Origin: Candidatus Latescibacterota bacterium
Lineage (GTDB): Bacteria; Latescibacterota; UBA2968; GCA-2709665
Direction: 5' to 3'
Assembly: GCA_965219455.1 (NCBI GenBank)
Contig: OZ244744.1
Span: 2,688,001-2,752,000, forward strand
Length of the DNA: 64,000 nucleotides
Position numbers and translations under genes: made by a program. This document shows, one piece after another, positions 9,944-19,747 of this stretch. Position 1 is the first letter of the stretch. Every line of letters starts with the position of its first letter. The notes beneath the pieces were generated by a model that was given only the letters and a program-made list of their open reading frames with translations, was not told the origin of the DNA and made no database searches.

Positions 9944-11230
9944 ATGCTGGATCTGAACCGGATTCGGAAGGATCCCGGGGGCATCAGGCAGGCGCTGCTG
10001 AAACGCATGGACGCGGTGGATTTTGCGGATTTGCTCCAGTGGGATCAGAACCGGCGAGCCCTCATCGCCAGAACAGGGGGCCTGCGGGAACGACGAAACA
10101 AGGTTTCCGCGCAAATTCCCCAGATGAAGAAAGCGGGCCGGGACACGTCCGAAATCCAGAATGAAATGAAGACGGTTTCAGGGAACATCAGAACCCTTGA
10201 GACGGAACTGTCGGAATTTGAACACCGTATCCGGAGCTTTCTCGAGGAACTGCCCAATATTCCGGCGGATGACGTACCTCCGGGAGGGAAGGAAAACAAC
10301 GAGGTCGTTCGGGCCTGGGGGGAAAAGCCGGAGCGGTGCGAAGGGGCCAAAGACCACGTCGACCTCGTTACCTCGTTGGGGCTGGTCGACTACGAGCGCG
10401 GCGTCAAAATGGGCGGCGCGGGCTTCTGGTTGTACAGGGGTGCGGGCGCCCGCCTGGAGTGGGCGCTCCTGAATTACTTTGTCGAAACGCACCTCAGCGA
10501 CGGCTACGAATTCGTGCTGCCGCCTCACCTGCTCACCTATGAATGCGGTTACACGGCGGGCCAGTTTCCCAAATTCGCTGACGACGTGTTTCATCTGAAG
10601 TGGGAAAGCGAAAAGGAGTCCCGGTTCCTGTTGCCAACGTCGGAGACCGCATTGATCAACTTTCATCGGGACGAAATCCTTCGCGAAGCGGAACTGCCCC
10701 GGAAATACTTTTCATATACGCCCTGCTACCGCAGAGAGGCCGGCAGTTATCGCGCCCAGGAACGCGGCATGATTCGAGGGCACCAGTTCAACAAGGTTGA
10801 AATCTTTCAGTTCACGCGTCCCGAAGACTCCGACCGGGCACTGGAAGAACTGATCGCAAAGGCCGAAGGCCTGGTTCAGGGTCTGGAGTTGCACCATCGC
10901 GTTTCCAAACTGGCGGCGCAGGATGCCAGCGCGGCCATGGCCAAGACGTACGACATCGAGATCTGGATTCCGAGCATGGGGGAATACAAGGAAGTCAGTT
11001 CGGCATCCCACGCGAGCGATTACCAGGCCCGGCGCGGCCATATCCGGTTCAAACGCGCCGAAACCGGCCGGAATGAATTCGTGCATACGCTCAATGCCTC
11101 GGGCCTGGCGACCAGCCGTCTGATTCCCGCTATTGTCGAGCAGAGCCAGCGACCCGACGGCTCTGCTATCGTTCCGAAAGTACTCCGCCCGTATATGGGC
11201 GGCCAGGAAATCCTGGAGCCCGTGGCCTGA
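9944..11230 (+). CDS. serS: Serine--tRNA ligase
   Basis: MLDL start, N-terminal coiled coil, PTSE, CYRREAG, RGHQFNKVE, HTLNASG motifs. Confidence 0.96.
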   Translation: MLDLNRIRKDPGGIRQALLKRMDAVDFADLLQWDQNRRALIARTGGLRERRNKVSAQIPQMKKAGRDTSEIQNEMKTVSGNIRTLETELSEFEHRIRSFLEELPNIPADDVPPGGKENNEVVRAWGEKPERCEGAKDHVDLVTSLGLVDYERGVKMGGAGFWLYRGAGARLEWALLNYFVETHLSDGYEFVLPPHLLTYECGYTAGQFPKFADDVFHLKWESEKESRFLLPTSETALINFHRDEILREAELPRKYFSYTPCYRREAGSYRAQERGMIRGHQFNKVEIFQFTRPEDSDRALEELIAKAEGLVQGLELHHRVSKLAAQDASAAMAKTYDIEIWIPSMGEYKEVSSASHASDYQARRGHIRFKRAETGRNEFVHTLNASGLATSRLIPAIVEQSQRPDGSAIVPKVLRPYMGGQEILEPVA

Positions 11231-11383
11231 ATCGCGAGCCCACCCGGGTATTTCCGTGGAATTCGGCCACATCGTCACGGAGGACTCCGTCGACAGCCGT
11301 TGAGAGACCGAACACAAGAAAGGGGGCGGAATTTTCTCGCCCCCTTTTCCTATGCTTCAGAGCGGCTCGGCGCCCGTCGAGTC

Positions 11384-12778
11384 TTACAAACCCAGAATCC
11401 GGTGTGCGGTTTCCACTGCCTGCCTGACGCAATCGGGCACAGAGGAACCCCGATAGGCGCTTCCGGTCAGGTACAGTCCCGGCTGATCAACGGCAAACGA
11501 TTCCATCTTCGCGACCCGGTCCAGGTGTCCCACGTCGAACTGGGGCCTGCCCTTCCGCCAGCGGTGAATCCGGGAGAACAACGGCTCGGCGGTCAAACCC
11601 ATCACGTGGGCAAGATCTTCCCTCACGGCATGCACAAGCATCTCGTCGGGCATCTCAAGCACGTCTTCCCGCGCGTCTCCGCCGACGAATCCCCTGATCA
11701 ACACCCCGTCATGCGGCGCCCGGTGGCCAAGCTTGGATGATACCCAGGTGCACCCCGTTATCCGGCGGCCCTCCGATTTGGGAACCAGGAATCCGAACCC
11801 ATCCAGGTTATGTTGCGCAAGAACATCGGCCTTTCGGTAAGCCAGCGCCACCGTACCGGAAGACACGTAACGGATCCGCCGGAGTTCGGCCGACAGCGGG
11901 GTCGCGATACCGTCCAGCAGGTCGGCCACTGCAAATGCGGGTGCGGCCAGTACAACGACGTCGGTTTTCAGCACGTCCCCACCCAGCGAAACCTCGAATC
12001 CACGCTCGAGCCTCGCCAGACCCGTTACCGGACAGTTCGTGCGCAGGTCGCCACGCAGTCTTTTCACGATCTTCTCGACCAGTTCTCCGAGCCCTCCGAT
12101 CAGGGTCTGGAACATCGGCGGCGCATGCCCGGCATCACCTGAAGCCGTACGGTGTTTCCGGGCGGCACGCACCGCTTTAATCAGGCTGCCGTATTTGCGT
12201 TCCATGTCCGCAAACTGCGGAAAGGTGGCCAGCAGGCTCAACCGCTCCGGGTCGGCTCCGTGGATGCCCGCCAGCAACGGCCCCCCTATCTTCTCCAGGG
12301 CCTCCTTTCCCATGCGCCGTCGGACAAACGACGCCAGACTTTCATCGTCCGTCGACGTCCGGGGTGGCACAAACCGGTCCAGCCCCATTCGCAGCTTGCC
12401 ACGAATCGAGAAAAGCCGGGACCGGGCAATGGGCATGAACCGTGCCGGTACCAGTGTGAAGTCTTCGGGAAACGGAACCAATTCACGCCCCTGTGCCAGG
12501 AAGGTCTTCCGCCGTTCCTCGTTCGGTGCAATCAGACGATCCTCGAGCCCCAGGTCCAGGCAGAGCCCGATGCCCCACGGTTTTCGCGTCAAAAGCAAAT
12601 CGGGCCCGCCTTCGATGGTGAACCCGTCGATTCGCTCGGTCAGGATTTCCCCGCCCCATCGCCCCGTGGCCTCCGCCAGCGTATAACCCACCTCCATCCC
12701 GTGCGCTTCTGCCTTCTCCTGCAGATAGTAGGCGGTTGCCAGCCCGGCAATTCCCCCGCCAATTATGGTCACATGCAT
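11384..12778 (-). CDS. hemY: HemY-family protoporphyrinogen/coproporphyrinogen III oxidase
   Basis: GGGIAGL FAD motif, [12 protein letters not shown]; in operon with hemE and hemH. Confidence 0.92.
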   Translation of the reverse strand: MHVTIIGGGIAGLATAYYLQEKAEAHGMEVGYTLAEATGRWGGEILTERIDGFTIEGGPDLLLTRKPWGIGLCLDLGLEDRLIAPNEERRKTFLAQGRELVPFPEDFTLVPARFMPIARSRLFSIRGKLRMGLDRFVPPRTSTDDESLASFVRRRMGKEALEKIGGPLLAGIHGADPERLSLLATFPQFADMERKYGSLIKAVRAARKHRTASGDAGHAPPMFQTLIGGLGELVEKIVKRLRGDLRTNCPVTGLARLERGFEVSLGGDVLKTDVVVLAAPAFAVADLLDGIATPLSAELRRIRYVSSGTVALAYRKADVLAQHNLDGFGFLVPKSEGRRITGCTWVSSKLGHRAPHDGVLIRGFVGGDAREDVLEMPDEMLVHAVREDLAHVMGLTAEPLFSRIHRWRKGRPQFDVGHLDRVAKMESFAVDQPGLYLTGSAYRGSSVPDCVRQAVETAHRILGL

Positions 12779-12787
12779 AAAAGCACC

Positions 12788-13774
12788 TCAACGAGGTGTC
12801 GGGAGCCGGTGCGCAGATTGGAAGCATTGGGCTTCGGTGGCGGAGGGGTTCCGGTTCAGCTTCTCTTCGACCGCTTTGGCCACCGCCTCGATAAACGTGG
12901 GGTCGCTGTTCATGGACGCGATGCGCTTCAGGTTCACCCGCCGCGACCTCGCGATTTCCTGAAGTCCGATATCGATATCGTAGAGGATCTCCACGTGGTC
13001 GCAAACAAACCCGATGGGCGCCACTAGCACGTGGCGGTATCCTTCATCGGCCAGACCCGGGATCACGTCCTCGATTTGAGGACCCAGCCAGGGCTCTCCC
13101 GTGTGAGCGGCACTCTGATAGGAAAACATCCAGTCCACTCCGCCAAGGCGTTCCGCCACGGTTCTCGCGTTGTCCTTCAGCTCGTCGTCGTAGGGATCGC
13201 CCATCTTCAACAGGCGCTCCGGGAGGCTATGCGCCGTAAAAACGATTTTTACGTCTTCTCGATCAGCGCTCGAGAACGCCGCCAGCGCGGCGCGAACGTG
13301 GGCTTCCTGCGCGTCCAGGAGCCCGGTTTGCCGCCACCAGGAATCCACGAACGAAAACTGAATCCGGCTTCCTGCCGATTCCTGTGCGCGGTTCACGGCC
13401 TCCCAGTACTTCCCAATGCTCAGACGGGAGTAGTGGGGGGCCATGACAATGGCCACGGCCTCCTCCACGCCCTCCTCGAACATCCGACGTACCGTATCTT
13501 TAATCCACGGCGACCAGTGCCGCATTCCAACGTAAACGCGCACATTATGCCCGCAGGCCCTCAGGGTCCGTTCCGCACATTCAGCCTGGTCAAAGGTGTT
13601 TTCGTTGAGCGGAGACCTGCCGCCGATCTGCGCGTACCTGCTTTTGAATTCCGCCACGAATTCCCGGGACATCGGCCGCCCACCGCGGATATCGTTCAGG
13701 TACGCTTCCATGTCGTCCAGCGAATCCGGACTGCCGTATGCAAGCATCAACACCGCTTTTTTTTTCATTTGCAC
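12788..13774 (-). CDS. hemH: Ferrochelatase
   Basis: LAYGSP, GGRSPL, FTAHSLP, WLGP, GFVCDHVEILYDID. Confidence 0.95.
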   Translation of the reverse strand: MQMKKKAVLMLAYGSPDSLDDMEAYLNDIRGGRPMSREFVAEFKSRYAQIGGRSPLNENTFDQAECAERTLRACGHNVRVYVGMRHWSPWIKDTVRRMFEEGVEEAVAIVMAPHYSRLSIGKYWEAVNRAQESAGSRIQFSFVDSWWRQTGLLDAQEAHVRAALAAFSSADREDVKIVFTAHSLPERLLKMGDPYDDELKDNARTVAERLGGVDWMFSYQSAAHTGEPWLGPQIEDVIPGLADEGYRHVLVAPIGFVCDHVEILYDIDIGLQEIARSRRVNLKRIASMNSDPTFIEAVAKAVEEKLNRNPSATEAQCFQSAHRLPTPR

Positions 13775-14806
13775 CTATCCGTAGGCGTGTACGAAATCGA
13801 CCAGCGCGGCCACGTGCGGGACCGGCGTGTGTTGCAGGATGCCGTGGCCGAGATTGAAGATATGTCCCGGCCGTCCCCGGACACGATCCAGGATCCGGGC
13901 GGCCTGCCTTTGGATTACCGGCACCGGCGCGAACAGCACCGTCGGATCCAGATTCCCCTGCACCGCCACCTCCGCACCCAACCGATCCCATGCCTCGTCC
14001 AGTTCGATCCGCCAGTCCACCCCGATCACGTCACCGCCCGCCCGCTTCAAAAGCGGCAGAATACCGGATGTGCCCGTACCGAAATGGATCACGGGTACGT
14101 CGTGCTTCGCCCTGACCGTCTCAATCGCCCGCCGGGTATGCGGCAGCACGTATGCTTCGTAATCCGCAGGGCTTAACGCGCCCGCCCAACTGTCGAACAG
14201 CTGCAGCGCCTGCGCCCCGGCCGCCGCCTGGGCCTGAAGATAGTCCCCTACGGCCACGGACATTTTTTCCATCAGGCGCCGCCAGGTCTCCGGCTGTTCG
14301 TGCATAAGGCCCTTGGCAAGCCGGTAGTCGCGTGAAGCGCCGCCTTCCACCGCATAACAGACCAACGTAAACGGCGCCCCGGAAAACCCGATCAGCGGGA
14401 CCCTGCCGTCCAGCGCCCGCCGGACCTGGCGGATGGCCGCCGTGGCGAAGCCCATGGCTTCCGCCGCCGGGCGAATGGTCAGGGCTTCCACGTCCGCGGG
14501 CGTCCGGACCGGGTTGTGAATCACGGGCCCCTCGCCCCCCACGTACTCCAGTTCCAGGCCCATTGGCTCCAGGAGCGGGAGAATATCCTGAAAAATAATC
14601 GCCGCGTCCACGTCGAACGCATCGACGGGCTGCAACGTGATCCCGGTGGCGATATCCGGCGTCTTCACCATCTCCAGAAAGGCGTATTTTTCCTTCAGCT
14701 TCCGGTATTCCGGCATGTACCGGCCCGCCTGGCGCATCAGCCAGACCGGCGTGGCGTCCACTGCCTCGCGGCGGCATGCTTTCAAGAAACGATCGGCTCG
14801 GGACAT
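13775..14806 (-). CDS. hemE: Uroporphyrinogen decarboxylase
   Basis: [25 protein letters not shown]. Confidence 0.96.
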   Translation of the reverse strand: MSRADRFLKACRREAVDATPVWLMRQAGRYMPEYRKLKEKYAFLEMVKTPDIATGITLQPVDAFDVDAAIIFQDILPLLEPMGLELEYVGGEGPVIHNPVRTPADVEALTIRPAAEAMGFATAAIRQVRRALDGRVPLIGFSGAPFTLVCYAVEGGASRDYRLAKGLMHEQPETWRRLMEKMSVAVGDYLQAQAAAGAQALQLFDSWAGALSPADYEAYVLPHTRRAIETVRAKHDVPVIHFGTGTSGILPLLKRAGGDVIGVDWRIELDEAWDRLGAEVAVQGNLDPTVLFAPVPVIQRQAARILDRVRGRPGHIFNLGHGILQHTPVPHVAALVDFVHAYG

Positions 14807-14828
14807 TTGGGCCTTCAATTCAAACAGG

Positions 14829-15019
14829 GCAGGGGCACATGGTGCTGTGCCGCTGCCCGCTCATAGCTGAATGGTGACTGCCACCGGGGGGTTGGCGGGG
14901 TGGTCCTCTCGTGTCTCGCGCAGAAATGGGAACTTCAGCTTTCAAGCGCATCCTCAGCCCGCCGCTGATCGCTGCTCCCAATCTAAACAAAGCAGGGGCA
15001 CGACGTTCTGTGCCCCTGC
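14829..15019. repeat. Pair of REP-like palindromes (14829-14856, 14992-15019)
   Basis: GCAGGGGCAC...GTGCC(C/G)CTGC hairpins in the clpP-hemE spacer. Confidence 0.6.
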
Positions 15020-15042
15020 CGAATTGCGAAACCATTGCGCCG

Positions 15043-15666
15043 CTACACGTCAAGTTCGTTGAAATGCGCAACCACCCTGCTGATCAGACCGTATTCCACC
15101 GCTTCCGGTGCGGACATCCAGTAGTCCCGATCCGTATCTTCAACCACTTTTTCCAATGGCTGCCCGGTCTCCCGGGCATACAATTCGTTGATCCGCTCGC
15201 GAAGTTTGAGAATCTGTTCCGCCGTGCGTTTTACGTCTTCCGCAACACCTATATACCGCATTGAAGGCTGATGGATCATGATTCGTGCGTTCGGCAGCGC
15301 GAATCGGCCCTCTTTTTCCGCGGCCAGCATGATCACCGTTGCCGCGCTGGCGGACAACCCCACACTGACGATTTTCACCGGCGGACGAATGAAGCGAATC
15401 ATGTCGTAAATTGCGAATCCGTCGTCTGCGCTGCCACCCGGCGAGTTGATCAAAATCGTGATGGGTTTTTCCGGATCGTCGCTGTCCATCAGCAACAACT
15501 GGGCAATTACCCGCGTTGTCAGTTTATGGTCGATCGGATCGGAGATCAGAATGGTGCGCGCCTTGATCAGGCTTCTGACGATGAATTCGCCGCCGTGACC
15601 GCCCGGCTGCGCCTCCTCCTCTTCTTCGTCTTCCTCCGGATCTTCGTTCAACAGGAACTTGTGCAT
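15043..15666 (-). CDS. clpP: ATP-dependent Clp protease proteolytic subunit
   Basis: INSPGG, catalytic Ser (SASAA), His (MIHQP), Asp (DRD); acidic N-terminal tract. Confidence 0.93.
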   Translation of the reverse strand: MHKFLLNEDPEEDEEEEEAQPGGHGGEFIVRSLIKARTILISDPIDHKLTTRVIAQLLLMDSDDPEKPITILINSPGGSADDGFAIYDMIRFIRPPVKIVSVGLSASAATVIMLAAEKEGRFALPNARIMIHQPSMRYIGVAEDVKRTAEQILKLRERINELYARETGQPLEKVVEDTDRDYWMSAPEAVEYGLISRVVAHFNELDV

Positions 15667-15830
15667 CGTTTCCCCTTCTTCCCACAAATGACGCGTTAAA
15701 ATACGACTGGTTTGCCAGCTTCCAAAGCCCGCTCAATTTATCCTATACGCCCATCATTGTCAAGGCCATTCCCTGAAATTCAACTCCGTCACGAATTGCG
15801 CGCAAGGATGGCGCGCCCTCCCGTCGGATC

Positions 15831-17090
15831 TCACTTTGTCGCCATGGCCTCGCTCAGAATCCGGGATGTGCCGGGCCTCATAATCCGAGAATCCACCGCC
15901 TCCCCTTTCAGTAACATTTCCCGCACCTGTTTTCCCGAAATGAACACGGGCCGCTCGTCGGGATGGTTCTCCATTAAATCCACCCGTCCCAGCGACTCGT
16001 AAAACGCCGCGAAACCCACGTTAAGGGGCCGGATCTCCAGGTTACCCTTCAGTTGTTGGAACACCTCCTGCGCGTCGAAATCACCCCAGATCGGACTGCC
16101 GTCGTTGTAGGGCGCATCGGCATGTTTGCGGCCGATGATAATATCGGTGAAGCCGAAGTTCTGGCGGTAAATAGCGTGCATAACCGCCTCTTTGGGACCG
16201 GCGTAGAACATCTTTATATCCAGCCCGATGAGAATCACCCGGCCCGGCACGGCCTCGCCCCTGGGTTCCCACAATCCGGTATCGCTATCCCCTTCTCCCA
16301 GGCCGCGAGATTCGATCAGCGCTTCGTAGGTCCGCATCCGGATCTCTGCGTTGACGTCGTCGGACTTGGTCTCTCCCACCAGGGGGTTCAGGCAGGCCCC
16401 AGCGTTGATCCCCTGCCGGATCAGCGTTTCCAGTCCGTAAACCAGGGCATATTCGTGGGCGCGGTGCAGCGGGTTGCGGGTCTGAAACGCAACCACACGC
16501 TGCCAGCCCGTTTCGGACAGAATGCGGCGGACCTCCGCGGGTGTATGCATATAACGACCGAACGCAGGGTGCTTCGGTTGCGGCAGTACCCTGATGGATC
16601 CCCCAAGGAGGTGGGTCTTGTCCGCGTCACCATTCAGAACCATATCCGCGCCCGGATGGTCGGTCCGCTCGGTGAGGTACACGCTTTTGAGATACGCCTG
16701 CTTGTCCCAGGGAAAGACGTCGCTGATGTCCAGGCTGCCCACAATTTGCCCGTCCTGACGCGCAAGGGCGACCGTCTGCCCGACCTCGAGTCGTCCGGCC
16801 AGATCGCTCCCGATAGGTAATGCGATTGGAATGGTCCAGGCATACAACTTCCCGTTGTAAGCGATTACACTCTCGTCGAGCACCCTGTGGTACGTCTCCG
16901 AATCCATCGGACCCGTGAGCGGACTCAGACCGCCGTCTCCGAAACGGTACACCGTGGACAGATCGGCGTCGCTGACCGGAACCGGCGTCAGCTTTGACGG
17001 GTTCTCGCGGAAAGCGTCCCTCTCGTCGGCCGGAACCATACGGCAAACCGGCGAAGAAAGCCCCCCATGGGGCGGTATCAAGTCGGACAT
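15831..17090 (-). CDS. sat: Sulfate adenylyltransferase
   Basis: LIPPHGG start, [34 protein letters not shown] motifs. Confidence 0.93.
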   Translation of the reverse strand: MSDLIPPHGGLSSPVCRMVPADERDAFRENPSKLTPVPVSDADLSTVYRFGDGGLSPLTGPMDSETYHRVLDESVIAYNGKLYAWTIPIALPIGSDLAGRLEVGQTVALARQDGQIVGSLDISDVFPWDKQAYLKSVYLTERTDHPGADMVLNGDADKTHLLGGSIRVLPQPKHPAFGRYMHTPAEVRRILSETGWQRVVAFQTRNPLHRAHEYALVYGLETLIRQGINAGACLNPLVGETKSDDVNAEIRMRTYEALIESRGLGEGDSDTGLWEPRGEAVPGRVILIGLDIKMFYAGPKEAVMHAIYRQNFGFTDIIIGRKHADAPYNDGSPIWGDFDAQEVFQQLKGNLEIRPLNVGFAAFYESLGRVDLMENHPDERPVFISGKQVREMLLKGEAVDSRIMRPGTSRILSEAMATK

Positions 17091-17144
17091 AGTCGAAACA
17101 TCCCTCCAATTCTCCGAAAATTCCACGGGCGGCTTCATAAAGCG

Positions 17145-17402
17145 CACACTTTGAGGAAGCCGGTGTGAAGGTGGGGCAGACATTCCTGTCTGCCGGTCTT
17201 ACTAGCCTTCTGCCGGAAAGGAGACAGAAAAAAAGCTCCCGTCGAGGAATCATCCCGGAAATGCGTCCGTCACACGTGCGCCCACACTCTAAGGAAGCCG
17301 GTGTGAAGGTGGGGCAGACATTCCTGTCTGCCCGTCTCGCTATCCTTCTGCCGGAAAGGAGACAGAAGAAAAACTCCCGTTGAGGAATCATCCCGGAAAT
17401 GC
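17145..17402. repeat. Tandem direct repeat, period 138 bp, two copies
   Basis: AGGAAGCCGGTGTGAAGGTGGGGCAGACATTCCTGTCTGCC...GAGGAATCATCCCGGAAATGC begins at 17154 and at 17292. Confidence 0.9.
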
Positions 17403-17421
17403 ACCTGCACCGTGAGCCGTT

Positions 17422-17463
17422 CCCTGAGCTTGTGGTCCCTGAGCCTGTCGAAGGGTCGAAGGG
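17422..17463. repeat. Nested CCTGAGCYTGTCGAAGGG mini-repeat
   Basis: One copy (17433-17455) sits inside another; an inverted copy occurs at ~39431-39449. Confidence 0.7.
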
Positions 17464-17998
17464 TCGGCGACGGGTAGCCGCGTCTCGACTTCGCTCAGAA
17501 TGACAGGTCGGCTTTACATCATCCGCGAAATGCGTCCGTGACACCTTCGCCCGGTCTGTAACGTTGAGGAAGCCCTGTCTGCCGTGCCCGGCACAGGCAG
17601 GCGCCAGGCTGACGAAGCATCTCCTGCGGCGTCCAATGATGTCGGAGCGCGTGTCAATCGCCCCCGCCCGACAGACAGTACAACCGCTATCTTTTGAGGC
17701 GGCCGCATCCGGGGAAGACACGTCGAAACAGAAAGCACTAAATATACCGTAAACATCCGCCCGATACAAAAAGATTCCCCGACAACAGGTGGATGGGGTT
17801 CTCAGCTTAGGCGGAGCACCGGACGGCGACCCACCCCGGCACGGGAAGGGTGGGATGAATACACCGGGGGAAGGGCTTTCCTGAAGAGGAAGACTCAGGG
17901 TTGGGAATTAGTGCGGGCGGGATTGACGTGGATTGAATAGGTGCGCCGACCTGTCATTCTGAGCGTGGCGAAGCCGCGCCAGGATATAAGGCGAAATT

Positions 17999-18040
17999 AA
18001 GAGCCCGGCGGGTTGGTTTTCCCATCGGGCTTTGTTTTTT
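17999..18040 (+). terminator. Intrinsic terminator-like hairpin
   Basis: AGAGCCCG...CGGGCTTT followed by a T-run. Confidence 0.6.
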
Positions 18041-18059
18041 GCGTACGAGGGGATTCAGG

Positions 18060-18117
18060 TTGACAACAACACTGCTGCGCCGTACGATAGTACGGTATGT
18101 CGCATTTTGCGACATAC
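18060..18117 (+). promoter_or_regulatory. Sigma70 promoter plus palindromic operator
   Basis: TTGACA-17bp-TACGAT (18060-18088), then perfect inverted repeat GTATGTCGCA-TTT-TGCGACATAC (18095-18117). Confidence 0.65.
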
Positions 18118-18218
18118 GCAACGCTTTGAAACACCACGAGACATTGCCATCTCCGATTCAAATTGACAGGTTTGCTTCTGTAGAGGTCGAAGAGATTTGG
18201 CAATCGGATTGAACCTTT

Positions 18219-19325
18219 ATGACCCGGCAATTACCACATTCAGGTCAACTGGATATCGCTACACTGAGCAACTTGTTCAAGCATACGGCCAATTCGTACA
18301 AATATCTCTTTTTTATCTCGCTGCTGACGTTGATTAAGGACAGGCATTTCGAGATTAATGATGGTATTCAGCTTAGCGATATAGAAATCGAGATGTTGAT
18401 AACCGCTTGGTACCCGCGTGTCTTTTTTAAATTGTCATTTGGCACTCGGGACCAAATCGCTCGGGCTCTAAAATCTATTAATTGCATTAAAGATGATAAA
18501 GATTTCCTGTCTGTAACGGGGCGCGGTAAATTGCGGAAACGCCTCGTCAATGCTGACAAAAAGCCGAATTACAAATTGATGCGTTACGTTCCCCACAGGA
18601 TTTTGCGCCCGTTTTTCGCCGCAGAAACCAGCGGCTTGCCAGATCAGATAGTGAATCACGAAGTTTGCAAACTAGCTGCCAAGCTTTTTGATGAACGACG
18701 CCCTCTCTTCCGTTTCGACAATTCCGAAGAATGCATCCTTTTGCATCCGGATTGGATCGCGTATTTGAAACAAAACCAAGGGATTATCGAGGGTTGGGCG
18801 CTGTGGCATTGGGCAGATTATATGCAGCGGCGCAATCCTGGAATTCCTGCTGTAACGCGAAAGTTGCTCCCGCCAGATAAGAGGGAGTCTCTCAACGCAC
18901 AGAGAAGCTTCTGGAATATCGCTATTGATAAAACGGATATCCGATGCATTTACACGGGTAAGAAGCTGGATCGTGGTTATGAATTGGATCATTTTTTGCC
19001 ATGGAGATTCGTAGCGCACAATCAGTTGTGGAACCTGATACCGGCTGATTCCCAAGCGAACAGTTGCAAAAGCGACCACATTCCATCTGAGATTTACATT
19101 GATCGCTTAGCTGAAACCCAGAGTGCCGCGTTATCCATCGCACGGGACAGCTTGAGCAGTAAGAAATGGGAAAAGGAAATAGAGCCGTATACGACGGACC
19201 TGTTTATTTGCGCAGATCAAACGCTGGACTACGAGAAATTGAAATCTGCGTATTACAAGACCTTGAAGCCTCTCATGTCAATTGCAGAACAACAGGGGTT
19301 TCAAAGCGAGTGGTCCTACGGATGA
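18219..19325 (+). CDS. HNH endonuclease domain protein
   Basis: CIYTG...LDHFLPW...LWNLIP...NSCKSD HNH motif; N-terminal NSYKY motif; AT-richer than flanks. Confidence 0.85.
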   Translation: MTRQLPHSGQLDIATLSNLFKHTANSYKYLFFISLLTLIKDRHFEINDGIQLSDIEIEMLITAWYPRVFFKLSFGTRDQIARALKSINCIKDDKDFLSVTGRGKLRKRLVNADKKPNYKLMRYVPHRILRPFFAAETSGLPDQIVNHEVCKLAAKLFDERRPLFRFDNSEECILLHPDWIAYLKQNQGIIEGWALWHWADYMQRRNPGIPAVTRKLLPPDKRESLNAQRSFWNIAIDKTDIRCIYTGKKLDRGYELDHFLPWRFVAHNQLWNLIPADSQANSCKSDHIPSEIYIDRLAETQSAALSIARDSLSSKKWEKEIEPYTTDLFICADQTLDYEKLKSAYYKTLKPLMSIAEQQGFQSEWSYG

Positions 19326-19363
19326 GATTTTTTCATCGAATAGCAAGCGTTTTTGACCGCATC

Positions 19364-19609
19364 ATGCCCTCAGTTTTTATCCGCGCCCGGGTGAAACCTT
19401 ATTTCCAGGACACTCTACACAGGGTTTTGCCCTTCGAGGTGAGGATTCCGAATACCGAGACTTTGGACGCGCTACGGCAAGCACGGTCACAAGACGGCCT
19501 AATTGAATACGCCGATCTGGAGACGCTCAAGGCTGAGCAGGGTTGATCCGTTCGTCAGCCAGGAGCGAATCGATTCGAAAAGGACCTGAAGCTCGGAGGT
19601 AAGCGGTGA
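19364..19609 (+). pseudogene. Degenerate dinJ/relB-yafQ toxin-antitoxin remnant
   Basis: IRARV...LPFEVRIPNTET (DinJ-like, middle missing; stop at 19546), then startless NRFEKDLKLGGKR* (YafQ-like N-terminus; stop at 19607-19609). Confidence 0.7.
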
Positions 19610-19667
19610 GAATCTATAGTTGACGTACCGCACGGCACAGGTGACAAAATGGCAGGACTGGCAGAAC

Positions 19668-19702
19668 AACCCCGCGAGAGTAATCTCCGGGGGCTTTTTT
19701 TT
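19668..19702. terminator. Intrinsic terminator
   Basis: GC-rich CCCC...GGGG hairpin followed by a T-run, between convergent genes. Confidence 0.6.
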
Positions 19703-19747
19703 GTGCAGTCGTCAGTCTGCCCCCGATTCCATTCTCTTCCCGTTCAG

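Noticed and set aside
17145-17402. CRISPR array
   Set aside because: Only two long near-identical units with no unique spacers and no cas genes.
16627-17769. 380-aa ORF on the minus strand
   Set aside because: Runs through repeats and overlaps sat in another frame; not protein-like.
17560-17960. SAM riboswitch upstream of sat
   Set aside because: SAM-I conserved motifs not found on the minus strand.
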